From Candidatus Latescibacterota bacterium (GTDB lineage Bacteria; Latescibacterota; UBA2968; GCA-2709665), in the NCBI GenBank assembly GCA_965237675.1, contig OZ250150.1:3712001-3776000 (forward strand): a DNA stretch of 64,000 bases, read 5' to 3'. The position numbers were made by a program, and so were the translations under genes. This document shows, piece after piece, positions 1 through 9,613 of this stretch; the stretch's first letter is position 1, and every line of letters begins with the position of its first letter. Under the pieces are notes generated by a model. It was not told the origin of the DNA. It worked only from the letters and a program-made list of their open reading frames with translations, and did no database searches.

Positions 1-2
1 GG

Positions 3-1199
3 CGTGGCCGCCCCGCGTGTGTTTTTGCCGAGGCCGAACTCCCGGATGGGGACGGTTTTCCGGTTCTTGAGGAAGCCCACCGGCATACGCCGGTGATTAT
101 GGTAAGCGAGGGATTTTCTCCGGATCAGGTATTCTCCGCCATTTCAGGCGGTGCATATGACTGTTTGTCCAAGCCCGTGGACGACCCGACGTTGGACGGG
201 CTGTTGTATCGCCTTCGCACGGACCGGAACCCGACGCCGGCAGAGGTGGGTCCGGCCGAGCCCGTTTCGGACGTCGACGGCGAGATGGTTGTAGGGCGTT
301 CCCAGAAGATGGTCGAGGCGTTAAAAACCGTGGCTGCGGTGGCGGGCAGCTCGGCTACTGTTCTGGTCTGCGGAGAAAGCGGCACCGGCAAGGAGTTGAT
401 GGCCAGGGCAATCCATCGGGCGTCACGGAGAACCGGGTCGTTCGTGGCCGTCAATTGCGTGGCCGTTATGGAAACCCTCATGGAGAGCGAGTTGTTCGGG
501 CACGAGCGCGGCGCCTTCACGGGTGCCGCCGGCCGGCGCGCGGGATGTTTTGAGCAGGCCAGCCAGGGTACGCTCTTTCTGGACGAGATTGGAGATGCAC
601 TTCCTGCTTTTCAGGCCAAGCTGCTGCGCGTGCTGGATCAGGTTGAATTCTGTCGCGTGGGCGGCCAGGAATTGATCCGTCCTGATGTGCGCGTGGTTGC
701 GGCCACGAATTCCGATCTGGAGCATCTCGTGGAGAAAGGGGCTTTCAGGGCTGACCTCTATTACAGACTCAGCGAAGTTACCGTTCAATTGCCGTCGCTT
801 CGAGACCGACTGTCGGATATTCCCTTGCTTGTGCGGCGGACGCTAAGCGAGATCCAGCACCGCACCGGTCGGACCCTGGTGGGCATATCTCAGGAGGCGA
901 TGCACCGTTTGATGGTCCATCCGTGGCCGGGGAACGTCAGGGAACTACAGAATGTGCTCGTCCGAGCCGCCCTTCATTGCCGGGGGCAGACGGTTCAGTG
1001 CAATCACCTGAAGGGTCTGATTTGGGACGAGTCGGCTGAGACCGGCGAATCCCTGACCCTGGCGGATGTGGAGCGCAGGCATATTGAACAGGTTTTGAAT
1101 GCAACGGGCTGGAACCGGGGCAGGACCTGTGAGATTCTGGGGGTGTCGCGTCCTACGCTCAGAAGAAAGATCAGAGATTATGGACTTCTCAAGGGCTGA
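3..1199 (+). CDS. Sigma-54-dependent response regulator (NtrC/AtoC family), 5' truncated by window edge
   Basis: Frame open from base 3. Partial receiver (LPDGDG...PVIMVS...GAYDCLSKP), Walker A GESGTGKE, GAFTGA loop, Walker B LFLDEI, WPGNVREL, C-terminal Fis-type HTH. Confidence 0.93.
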   Translation, partial: RGRPACVFAEAELPDGDGFPVLEEAHRHTPVIMVSEGFSPDQVFSAISGGAYDCLSKPVDDPTLDGLLYRLRTDRNPTPAEVGPAEPVSDVDGEMVVGRSQKMVEALKTVAAVAGSSATVLVCGESGTGKELMARAIHRASRRTGSFVAVNCVAVMETLMESELFGHERGAFTGAAGRRAGCFEQASQGTLFLDEIGDALPAFQAKLLRVLDQVEFCRVGGQELIRPDVRVVAATNSDLEHLVEKGAFRADLYYRLSEVTVQLPSLRDRLSDIPLLVRRTLSEIQHRTGRTLVGISQEAMHRLMVHPWPGNVRELQNVLVRAALHCRGQTVQCNHLKGLIWDESAETGESLTLADVERRHIEQVLNATGWNRGRTCEILGVSRPTLRRKIRDYGLLKG

Positions 1200-1262
1200 G
1201 CGGGTCTTTCTGGGGGAATGCGTGGCTGACGACGCGCTTACCTCAAACCCGCGCCAAGGCGC

Positions 1263-1291
1263 TTGACATCCTGCAGGCCGAAGTGCATGAT
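1263..1291 (+). promoter_or_regulatory. Putative sigma-70 promoter for thrC
   Basis: TTGACA (1263-1268), 17 bp spacer, CATGAT (1286-1291), upstream of the AGGAGG RBS and ATG 1366. Confidence 0.45.
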
Positions 1292-1365
1292 AAGATCGTC
1301 CCGGCACGGCGATTCGGCGGATGAATCCTCGGGTGTTCGTTTCCTTGTCTTTAATAGGAGGGCGG

Positions 1366-2556
1366 ATGGGATATTTGATCGATCTGGTTTGTACCCGATG
1401 TGGAAAAACCCATGAAAAGCAAAGGCTGTGGAATCTGAGCGCCTGTTGCGGCGCACCGCTTTTCGCCAGGTACGATCTGGCGGGAGCTGCGAGATCTCTC
1501 AATAGAACCGGTTTGCCAGGGCGAGTGCCGACGATGTGGCGATACGAGGAAGTGTTGCCGGTCGAACGGGCGGTGTGCCGCGTGAGCCTGGGAGAAGGGT
1601 TCACGCCGCTGCTGGAGGTTGGGTTGCTGGGCAAGCGGGTAGGTGTGCCCAACCTTTACGTAAAGGACGAGGGTGTCAATCCGACAGGATCGTTCAAGGC
1701 ACGCGGTCTGTCGGCGGCGATATCCAGGGCCGTCGAGTTGGGTGCGGCGGCCGTGGCCATTCCTTCTGCGGGGAATGCAGGGGGGGCAACCGCGGCCTAC
1801 GCAGCCCGGGCGGGGCTGCCTGCATATATCTTTATGCCTTCGGATGCCCCGGTGGCAAACAGGGTGGAGTGCGAGCGGTTGGGTGCGCATCTGACGCTTG
1901 TGGACGGATTGATTACGGATTGTGGGAAGATCGTGGCCCAGCGGAAGGTCGATGAGGGCTGGTTCGACGTATCTACGCTCAAGGAGCCGTACCGGGTCGA
2001 GGGAAAGAAAACAATGGGGTATGAACTCGCCGAGCAGTTGGGCTGGGAGTTGCCGGACGTCGTTCTCTATCCTACGGGTGGCGGCACGGGCCTGGTCGGG
2101 ATGTGGAAGGCGTTTGACGAGATGGAAGAAATGGGGTGGATCGGTTCCAGACGGCCCAGGATGGTGGCCGTACAGGCCGCGGGCTGCGCGCCTATTGTCA
2201 GGGCATATGAAGCGGGCGCCGAGTCGGCCGATCTGTGGGAAAATGCCGAAACCGTCGCTTCCGGCCTGCGGGTACCTGGTGCCGTGGGGGACTTTCTTAT
2301 GCTTCGAGCCATTCGGGAAAGTCACGGTACAGCTGTCGCCGTCACCGACGGGGCGTTAATGGCGTGCGTTGAGGAAATGGCTTCGGCGACAGGCATTTTT
2401 CCGGCGCCCGAGGGTGCGGCGACGCTTGCCGGCCTGAATCAACTCGTCGCGGACGGATGGATTTCTTCTGAGGACAGGGTGGTGCTGTTCAATACCGGTA
2501 CCGGGCTGAAATATATCGAAGCCATTGAAGCGTCAAGCCCTGGGAACGCCAGGTGA
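1366..2556 (+). CDS. thrC: Threonine synthase (fold-type II PLP enzyme)
   Basis: LGEGFTPL, KDEGVNPTGSFKARG (PLP lysine), SAGNAG, YPTGGGTG, FNTGTGLKY. Start placed at ATG 1366 after AGGAGG. Confidence 0.88.
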   Translation: MGYLIDLVCTRCGKTHEKQRLWNLSACCGAPLFARYDLAGAARSLNRTGLPGRVPTMWRYEEVLPVERAVCRVSLGEGFTPLLEVGLLGKRVGVPNLYVKDEGVNPTGSFKARGLSAAISRAVELGAAAVAIPSAGNAGGATAAYAARAGLPAYIFMPSDAPVANRVECERLGAHLTLVDGLITDCGKIVAQRKVDEGWFDVSTLKEPYRVEGKKTMGYELAEQLGWELPDVVLYPTGGGTGLVGMWKAFDEMEEMGWIGSRRPRMVAVQAAGCAPIVRAYEAGAESADLWENAETVASGLRVPGAVGDFLMLRAIRESHGTAVAVTDGALMACVEEMASATGIFPAPEGAATLAGLNQLVADGWISSEDRVVLFNTGTGLKYIEAIEASSPGNAR

Positions 2557-2816
2557 TCTGTCAGGCACGGCCGCCGGCGCAGACTGTGCCGGTTTCCCGG
2601 TTCAAGAAATGCGGCACTCGACACGGCGCAGGGTCTTCGGTTCGGAAATCCGGTCGTGTCATCAGCAAGCCGGCGTCGGTTTCAGATCCACCGAGTAGGT
2701 TCGGTGCCGGGATCGTGTAATGCCAGCGGTTGAACGGGCTCTTCTCCAGTGGACAGGATTGCGGGCAAACCGAGTTAGGGGAATAGTAAAGGCTGACGAA
2801 AGGCGGTGCCAGGCCG

Positions 2817-3206
2817 ATGCTCAAAACGGAGATCGGGAAATTCCAGAGTTTCGTTCTTGAAGAAACGGATACCGTCGTGGTCATGGGAAACGTGAAACCC
2901 CACGCGGAGTATCTTGTGCGGCTCGGGTTCAGCCGGCACCCGGAAACGGGCGAGTATGTCGGTTCGGGCGCCAATCTTTACGCAATGGCGCCGGACGACT
3001 TCTACGACAGATTCAGTGCACGTGCCGGTACGGATCCGGAGCTGACCGCGCAAGCTTGCGATGGAGAGGATTTCTACCAGATCGACGGACTGCCGCTGGT
3101 CGTGGAGAATGCCGAAGGCGACCCGTATATTGAAGGGATCACGGCCGTGGATCTCGAGACCCGAATCTACATCGAACAAGGCGTGGCGAACTTCAGGGTC
3201 GGATAG
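2817..3206 (+). CDS. Hypothetical acidic protein, 129 aa
   Basis: Natural composition, fills the gap between thrC and the IS. No motif recognised. Confidence 0.65.
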   Translation: MLKTEIGKFQSFVLEETDTVVVMGNVKPHAEYLVRLGFSRHPETGEYVGSGANLYAMAPDDFYDRFSARAGTDPELTAQACDGEDFYQIDGLPLVVENAEGDPYIEGITAVDLETRIYIEQGVANFRVG

Positions 3207-3275
3207 TGTTCGGTCCCGGAAATAGATTGCCGAAATTCTTCCGCCTAGTGGTCGATTTCAGAAATAGGTATAATG

Positions 3276-3304
3276 TTGTCTGGAACCGGGTGTGTGCTTA
3301 TAAT
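3276..3304 (+). promoter_or_regulatory. Putative transposase promoter inside the IS left end
   Basis: TTGTCT-N17-TATAAT, followed by a GGAGG RBS and ATG 3340. Confidence 0.55.
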
Positions 3305-3339
3305 AAGGTTGTCTCCCCGACCGCGTTGGGAGGTAACCG

Positions 3340-4471
3340 ATGCCTGGACCGAAGCCGAAGTATCAACCCGAGTTTGAGACGGAGGAGATCGCAGAGGCTC
3401 GTAGGATTGCACGACAACGAACGGCACCCAGCTCCCATGTTCACCGGGCCAAGATGGTCGTGATCTTGTCGGAGCATCCGGACATCTCGCACGAGAGGCT
3501 GGCTCAAGCCGTTGGGGTGCACCCGAGAACGGTGATGAAATGGCGAAAGCGCTGGTCGGTTGAGGGTTTTTCACTGTTGGATCAGCCTCGTAGTGGAAGA
3601 CCCCCGGTTTTTCCCCCCCGAAAGCGTCGCTGAAATTAAGGCCATCGCCTGCCAATTGCCAGCCGTGCGGGAGATCCCGCTTTCCCGCTTCAGCCTCGCA
3701 GAGATGCTTCGGGAAATCCGTTCGGAGTCCACCGTGTCGATCTCCAGGAGCACGCTGTGGCGTCTCCTCAAACAGGACGCCATTCGTCCCTGGTTTCACC
3801 GATCCTGGATCTCTGTCAAGGATCCGCGCTTTCTGGAAAAAGCGGGCCCCGTTTTGGATCTGTATCAAGGTGATTATGAGGGCGTGCCACTGGGGCCCAA
3901 AGACTACGTCCTCAGTGCGGACGAGAAATCGCAGCTCCAGATCCTGGAGCGGGAGTTCCCGTGTTCACCGCCGGGACCGGGCAAACCCATTCACTGTGAG
4001 TCGGACTACAAGCGCCACGGGACCGTGGCCTACCTGGCCGCACTCGATATCAGAAGCGGAAAAATCTTTGGTCGTGTGGATCAAACCACGGGGATCGAAC
4101 CCTTTCAGGCTCTGGTCGACCTCGTGATGAAGCAGGAGCCGTATGCTTCGGCCGAACGCGTGTTCTGGATCCTCGACAATGGGGCTTCCCATCACCCGTC
4201 GACCTCCCCTGCGCGACTCCGGAAGGCTTACCCGAACCTGATCGCCATCCATCTTCCCGTCCACGCAAGCTGGCTCAACCAAATCGAGATCTACTTCTCT
4301 ATCCTTCAAAGAAAGGCACTTACGCCCAACGACCTCGCAGACAGAAAGCAAATGGAAGACCGAATCCTCGGTTTTGAGCGCCGCTACAACCAAACTTCCA
4401 GACCCTTCAACTGGCGATTCACCCGCAACGACCTCGAAGAAAGGCTCCGCGAACTCAAAATCGCCGCCTAA
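3340..4471 (+). CDS. IS630 transposase in two frames (HTH ORF 3340-3633 plus DDE ORF ending 4471)
   Basis: ORF1 has an HTH and DQPRSGRPPVF. ORF2 has SADEK, YKRHGT, ILDN, HLPVHASWLNQIEIYF. The frames join at the T5C7 run at 3608-3619. Confidence 0.88.
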
Positions 4472-4517
4472 CTTGATACTAACTTCTGAAATCGACCACT
4501 AGTCGCCCGGCTGGCTG

Positions 4518-4588
4518 CGTTGCGTTCGTTGCCTCCGCTGCTTGCGCTGAGCTTGCCGAAGCGCGCCTGTCGAGACGTCTTGTCGAAA
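4518..4588. repeat. REP-like extragenic repeat, copy 1
   Basis: CGTTGCGTTCGTTGC-N10-TGCGCTGAGCTTGCCGAAGC; related copies start at 20470 and 20658. Confidence 0.7.
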
Positions 4589-4605
4589 TGCATTCGGCTG
4601 CCGCC

Positions 4606-5931
4606 CTAGGCGTTCAGGTATTCGAGCGTAAGGGCAGCCGCACGATAGCCGCTTTCCACGGCGCTTTCGACTGTGGCAGGCAGGCCCGTGTCGGTCCAGT
4701 CTCCCGCAATGAAGAGATTCGGCGCGGTCGTGCGATTGGGTGGCGGTGAATCGCCCGTCGGAAGCGCGAATGTTGCTTGTCGTTCGCGCACAACCAGATG
4801 GTGGTCCAGAGGCATCTTTCTGGTTTCGGGCAGGAACCTATACAGGTCTTTCAGCGCAATGTCCACGAGTCTTTCATCCGGCTGGTCCACCAGACCGTCT
4901 GCGGCGCTTGCCACCAGGGTTACATGCCCTGGTGACGCTCTGTCGCGACCGTCGTAGAGCATGTGTTTGTTGAATACCCAGTCCATACGGCCCTTGAGGA
5001 GGCCGACGAAAGGCCTGTTGATAATGGGCCCCTTGAACCAGAGGTTGACCGAGAGGATCGGGGAAGGACAGAAGGATTTCAAACGTGCTCTGAGATTTTC
5101 GAAACCTTCCGGCAACAGGCGCGCCAGCGCGGGTGGCGTTATCGCACAGACGGCGGCATCCGCCGTCAAAATTGCGCCCGATCTCAGCCGGATCCGTATT
5201 TTGTTGTTTCCGGTAACGCGCAGTTCGCCGACACCGTCACCCATGTGGCATGTGCCGCCATGCCGCCGGATGAAAGTGCTTGCCGCGCTGGTATACATCG
5301 TGCTGAGTCCAACCCCCGCATAGCCCATCAGGGTTGCATCGGAACGCCCGAAGAATGCCAGTTTCAGGACTGACGTCAGGTGTGTGGCCGGAGCCTCATG
5401 CGGTGATTGATTCAGCGCGGAGATGCACAGCGGATCCCAGAACGCTTGCCTGATGGACGGAGATTGTTTGCATGCGTCCAGCCACTCGTTCACGGTAAGT
5501 CCCGGCGGAGTCGGTGCCTTGAGGGCCGTCCTGACGCGACGCAGCCGAACGACGTCCCCTAAGTCGACCGGCGTGTAACGCATAAAACCGGTCAGCAGAT
5601 TGAGCGGTGGCGGTAGCAGCCGGGGAAACGAGAGGGCCGTGTGTCCCAGGGTGGGATGCAAAAAATCCAGACGGAATCGTTCCTGAAAACGCAGGTAGTC
5701 CCCGGTACCAATGGTTTCCAGGAATTCCCGGGTCTTGAGGTAACACTTCATAAAGAGGTGTTGACCATTGTCTACCGTATCGCCGGATGCGCGATCGGTA
5801 AACGAATAGGCGCGGCCACCCAGGTGTTTTCTGCGCTCCAACAGGCTGACGACGCACGAACCGCGTTCCGACAGGCGAACACCCGCGGCGAGACCCGCAA
5901 AGCCGCCGCCGATGACAATCACGTGACTCAC
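4606..5931 (-). CDS. hpnE: Hydroxysqualene dehydroxylase (FAD-dependent)
   Basis: VIGGGFAG dinucleotide fold, LGGRAYSF, VDNGQHL, AGDWTDTGLPATVESAVESG. GTGA overlap with hpnD. Confidence 0.88.
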   Translation of the reverse strand: MSHVIVIGGGFAGLAAGVRLSERGSCVVSLLERRKHLGGRAYSFTDRASGDTVDNGQHLFMKCYLKTREFLETIGTGDYLRFQERFRLDFLHPTLGHTALSFPRLLPPPLNLLTGFMRYTPVDLGDVVRLRRVRTALKAPTPPGLTVNEWLDACKQSPSIRQAFWDPLCISALNQSPHEAPATHLTSVLKLAFFGRSDATLMGYAGVGLSTMYTSAASTFIRRHGGTCHMGDGVGELRVTGNNKIRIRLRSGAILTADAAVCAITPPALARLLPEGFENLRARLKSFCPSPILSVNLWFKGPIINRPFVGLLKGRMDWVFNKHMLYDGRDRASPGHVTLVASAADGLVDQPDERLVDIALKDLYRFLPETRKMPLDHHLVVRERQATFALPTGDSPPPNRTTAPNLFIAGDWTDTGLPATVESAVESGYRAAALTLEYLNA

Positions 5932-6788
5932 GGCGACTTCCCACGCGTTCCGACCCGGCTGCGAAGCCAGAGGTCCATCGCGGTACCCAGCTTTTTGAGA
6001 TTGTTCACGCGAATTGGATGTCTATAGACGTTGTAGTTGACTGCTTCGATACGGCTGAGAAGACGGCTGTAGATGCAACCCATGATTTCCGCCGGAAAAA
6101 GGCTCTGGCGATCCTCTACCGGGAGGCATTGCGCCGCTTTTTTGTAATAGCTCCATGCCCGGCGACATTGGAATTGCATCAGGTTGCGGAACCGGGTCGT
6201 GGAGACCCCTGCGAAGAGATCCTTTTCCGTGTAATTGAAACGTCTCAGGTCCTCAAGCGGCAGATAGATGCGATCCCTCATCGCATCGGCTTTGATGTCT
6301 CTAAGGATGTTGGTAAGTTGAAGCGCAATCCCGAGGTTGACGGCGTAGTCCTGAGAGGCCCGTTTGGTATAGCCGAAGATTTCGATGCAGATGAGGCCAA
6401 CGACGGAGGCGACACGGTAACAATATTCGTACAGGTCGCCAAAGGTCTGGTAGCGATTCTTGACGAGGTCCATCTCCACGCCGTCAATCAGCCTGAGGAA
6501 GTGTTCTTTCGGGATTCTAAAGTGCTGCAGAGCCTTCTGCAGGTTGGCCGTAATCGGGTGTTGTGGCCTGCCGTCAAAACAGGCGTGGGTCTCAGTCCGC
6601 CAGTTCGAGAGATTTCGGGCCGAGGCTTCCCGCGATGCCGCGTCGTCAACCAGGTCATCGGTGTAACGGCTGAAGGCGTACGTGGCAAAGATGGCCTCCC
6701 GCTTGGTCCTGGGCAGAAACACAAAGGCGTAATAGAAATTGCTGCGCGCTTTGCGCACGAGTGCCGCGGTGTAGGATTTGATGTTCAT
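5928..6788 (-). CDS. hpnD: Presqualene diphosphate synthase
   Basis: SNFYYAF, DDLVD, YCYRVASVVG, ALQLTNILRD, RIYLP. Start set at ATG 6788 (ATGA overlap with the hpnC stop). Confidence 0.85.
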   Translation of the reverse strand: MNIKSYTAALVRKARSNFYYAFVFLPRTKREAIFATYAFSRYTDDLVDDAASREASARNLSNWRTETHACFDGRPQHPITANLQKALQHFRIPKEHFLRLIDGVEMDLVKNRYQTFGDLYEYCYRVASVVGLICIEIFGYTKRASQDYAVNLGIALQLTNILRDIKADAMRDRIYLPLEDLRRFNYTEKDLFAGVSTTRFRNLMQFQCRRAWSYYKKAAQCLPVEDRQSLFPAEIMGCIYSRLLSRIEAVNYNVYRHPIRVNNLKKLGTAMDLWLRSRVGTRGKSP

Positions 6789-7714
6789 ATTGGAAGATAC
6801 CGGGGTTTGTGGCTCCGACGCGGATCCCAGCAGAGGGCGTGGAAGATCAGTCGGAAAATATCCATTTTTTCGACCTTCGGGCGACGACGGAAAATATCGC
6901 ACCCTTCGGTGCAGATCTTGTCGAGGATTCGCAACCCGCCCAGCCAGGTCAACCGGAGTTCGTATCTGAGTCGGCCCGAGACCAGATCCGGCAGTTCGGA
7001 CCCCTTTTGGAATAGTACTCGGGTGCGGTCGATTTCGCAGGCCAGGAGGGCCCTGAAGCCGTCGGTGAGCCGTCTATCGGCCAGATCATCTTCCGTGACG
7101 CCGAAACGAGCCATGTCCTCCTGGGGCAGATAGATGCGACCCCGGGAAAAGTCGATTGCGATGTCCTGCCAAAAGTTGGCCAGTTGAAGTGCCGTGCAGA
7201 TCAGATCGGAAAGATATCGGCGGCGTTCGTCCCTGTACGCGAACAGATGCAGTATGAGGCGGCCCACCGGTGCGGCGGAGTATCGGCAGTAAGCCAGCAG
7301 ATGGTTGAACGTCCGATGCCGGTGTGTGACCACGTCCATTTTGAATGCATGGAGCAGGTCGTGCAGATGTTGGCGAGGGATCTGCTGGGACCGGATCGTT
7401 TCGGCCAGGGCAGTTAGTATGGGGCCTTCGGGCGCTTCCAGGCATGTACCCAGTTTTGCCTCCCATTCGTCCAGCCGTTCCGTACGTTCGTCGGGAGTCA
7501 GGCCGGGTTCATCGGCCAGGTCGTCGGCAGTACGTGCGAAGGCATAGATGCTATACACGTGAGGCCTAATCCGGGCGGGAATCAGGCGAGAACCCACCGG
7601 GAAGTTTTCGTAGTGGCTTCTTGTCAGGGCTTCGCAATAGGCAAACGCGTCGTTCAGTGTCGGGGCGGCGGGTGCATACGGAAATGAGTGCGCAGGATTG
7701 GCATTGGGATCCAT
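6785..7714 (-). CDS. hpnC: Hydroxysqualene synthase
   Basis: HpnC-type SHYENFPVGS, ADDLADE, YSAAPVGR, ALQLANFWQD. Start at ATG 7714 is a best guess. Confidence 0.87.
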   Translation of the reverse strand: MDPNANPAHSFPYAPAAPTLNDAFAYCEALTRSHYENFPVGSRLIPARIRPHVYSIYAFARTADDLADEPGLTPDERTERLDEWEAKLGTCLEAPEGPILTALAETIRSQQIPRQHLHDLLHAFKMDVVTHRHRTFNHLLAYCRYSAAPVGRLILHLFAYRDERRRYLSDLICTALQLANFWQDIAIDFSRGRIYLPQEDMARFGVTEDDLADRRLTDGFRALLACEIDRTRVLFQKGSELPDLVSGRLRYELRLTWLGGLRILDKICTEGCDIFRRRPKVEKMDIFRLIFHALCWDPRRSHKPRYLPI

Positions 7715-7808
7715 GTGTAAAAGATAATTGGAAATATTCGACTTCGCCACCTGTTTGTAACCAAAGAACCAACCTGTATGGGTCATCAGAATGCAAGGAG
7801 ATGCTTGA

Positions 7809-8420
7809 ATGACCGAACGTACACGGGCGGCTGCCGGCCCGCGCGTCATCCCGCCGGCGGGAAGTGAGGAGAAATATCACCAAGTCCACGTCTATTACGG
7901 ATTCGGAAAGGGAAAGACGACGTGTTGTGTGGGGCTGGCAATCCGTGTCCTGGGGGCCGGAGGACAGGTGGCCCTGGTGCAGTTCGACAAGGGGTACGAC
8001 GGAGAAACCGAGCATTACTCCGAGCGCCACATATTGAGGAAACTGGACCGAATCGAGCTGCATCCGACGGGATGTGAACGCATGATGCAGGATGGGTCGT
8101 TTCGATTCGGAGCGGAGCCTCAGGACATTGAGGAGGCCCGGCGCGGGCTGGAACTTGCCCGGCTGCTGGTACGGGAGGGAACACAGGATCTGCTGATTCT
8201 GGATGAGATCCTGGCGGCGGTTGCCTACGGTCTGCTGGAACGACAGGACGTGATGGCATTGCTGGATCTGTACGACGCGGACCGCCGGTGCGAACTGGCG
8301 CTTTCAGGACACAAGGTCTGGGACGCACTTGTGGAGCGAGTCAATCTGGTGACAGAGATGCGAAAGGTGAAGCACTACTATGCGCAGGGGATTCCCGCTC
8401 GGAAGGGAATTGAATTTTAG
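7809..8420 (+). CDS. cobO: ATP:corrinoid adenosyltransferase (CobA/CobO/BtuR family)
   Basis: VHVYYGFGKGKTT P-loop, VQFDKG, LLILDEI, LVTEMRKVKHYY...ARKGIEF; AAGGAG RBS. Confidence 0.85.
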   Translation: MTERTRAAAGPRVIPPAGSEEKYHQVHVYYGFGKGKTTCCVGLAIRVLGAGGQVALVQFDKGYDGETEHYSERHILRKLDRIELHPTGCERMMQDGSFRFGAEPQDIEEARRGLELARLLVREGTQDLLILDEILAAVAYGLLERQDVMALLDLYDADRRCELALSGHKVWDALVERVNLVTEMRKVKHYYAQGIPARKGIEF

Positions 8421-8725
8421 CGTTCCGGCTCGGGTGCGTGGAGCCGGCGGGTTACGGACGCATCATTCGATGCTGGGGCGTTTGCGCGGCGCGCGCCTGC
8501 ATACCGGGTGCCCGTCCGGCCATGCGTCCGGACAAACACACGAAGTGGTCGCGTGCCCGCCAACCGGTGCAGGTGTGGTTGTGACGAGGTGAATGCGCGG
8601 TATGACCAAATCGCCTGCCGTCAAGGGATGGGGAGATTCTGTGCTCCGGGTATCGGAAAAGTGTTTGTTTCGCCCTGCCTGCGCGTTTATCTTGCGGTCG
8701 TTTCGCGTTATGCGATGTCTTTCCA

Positions 8726-8768
8726 CAAAAACAGACCCCCGGATCTTTGTTCCAGAGGTCTGTTTTTG
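8726..8768. terminator. Bidirectional intrinsic terminator after vapC
   Basis: Inverted repeat CAAAAACAGACC...GGTCTGTTTTTG with T-tracts on both strands, just past the vapC stop. Confidence 0.7.
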
Positions 8769-8775
8769 GCTGAAT

Positions 8776-9207
8776 TCAGGTATATTCAATCGGCGCTCGA
8801 ACTTCAAGGCTTTCAAAACGGGAAAAATGCCGGCGGTCGAACGTATAGACGACCTTTATGTCTTGCGACAGCAACCAGGCCGCGCTATATGCGTCTCCGA
8901 AATCCACGTTCTTGTCTACATAGTCGGAAATGGCCTGGGCAATGAAAATTCGATCGCCGACTTCCAAACCGGGCGTATTTATAATAGCCCTGACCTTGGC
9001 TTGGATATCGACGCGGGGGAGTTTGTAGAACGACTCCAGAGTCCAGACGATCTCAGCGATCACCAGAATGCCGGTTACAAGCGCAATCTCGCCGGCACCT
9101 GCCCGGCGCAAACGAGACTCTACTGCATCGGCCTGCTCCGGGACATCATTAGTCAGGTAGCGCAAAAATACATGGGTATCGGCAAATACGCGTTCAGGAA
9201 CCGCCAT
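8776..9207 (-). CDS. vapC: PIN-domain toxin, type II TA system
   Basis: VFADTHVFLR, VIAEIVW, DFGDAY and YTFDRRHF acidic motifs; overlaps the 3' end of the antitoxin gene. Confidence 0.85.
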   Translation of the reverse strand: MAVPERVFADTHVFLRYLTNDVPEQADAVESRLRRAGAGEIALVTGILVIAEIVWTLESFYKLPRVDIQAKVRAIINTPGLEVGDRIFIAQAISDYVDKNVDFGDAYSAAWLLSQDIKVVYTFDRRHFSRFESLEVRAPIEYT

Positions 9208-9445
9208 ATGTTCTCTTACGGGCCTGGGTTTTCCGAACCTGGGCACGAATGCCGTCGAAATCCTGTGGGCCGGAAACAGGTACGCTTCCCCGCAGATCCA
9301 GCAAGGTTTGGTTCAGAGGCTGAACCGAGAACCCGTGGCGTCGTCGAACGAAGACAATATGATCGCCCTCCTGAACGTCGAGTGCTTTGCGAACCTCCCG
9401 GGGCAAGGTCAACTGACCACGACGTCCCACTTTTGCAATCGGCAT
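9194..9445 (-). CDS. AbrB/MazE/SpoVT-family antitoxin
   Basis: MPIAKVGRRGQLTLPREVRKALDVQEGDHIVF is a typical AbrB N-terminus; start set at ATG 9445. Confidence 0.87.
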   Translation of the reverse strand: MPIAKVGRRGQLTLPREVRKALDVQEGDHIVFVRRRHGFSVQPLNQTLLDLRGSVPVSGPQDFDGIRAQVRKTQARKRTYGGS

Positions 9446-9613
9446 AGAAATCTCTTTAATGAACGGACGAATTTGAAATTGACTGTCACATTTAAATATA
9501 CCTGACAATATGCAAGTTGTTTCTGTGACTTGGAAATGGCTCCGTCGGCAGTACCTGTAGTTCAAACGCCAAGAGCCGGTCGGGATTGTCCAATATTGGA
9601 GTGATGCCAGCAC

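Larger units (their letters stand above)
3248..4499 (+). mobile_element. IS630-family insertion sequence
   Basis: Terminal inverted repeats GTGGTCGATTTCAGAA (3248-3263) and TTCTGAAATCGACCAC (4484-4499). TA duplicated at 3246-3247 and 4500-4501; reconstructed target CTAG. Encodes HTH and DDE ORFs. Confidence 0.93.

Noticed and set aside
3206-3463. 85-aa ORF spanning the IS left end
   Set aside because: A chimera of flank and IS sequence overlapping the real transposase start.
8593-9447. 284-aa plus-strand ORF
   Set aside because: Antisense to the clear AbrB-VapC pair and it crosses their terminator.
9484-9525. Short inverted repeats upstream of the antitoxin (TGTCA-N14-TGACA; CAAGT-N10-ACTTG) as an operator
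   Set aside because: Five-base arms are too short to distinguish from chance.
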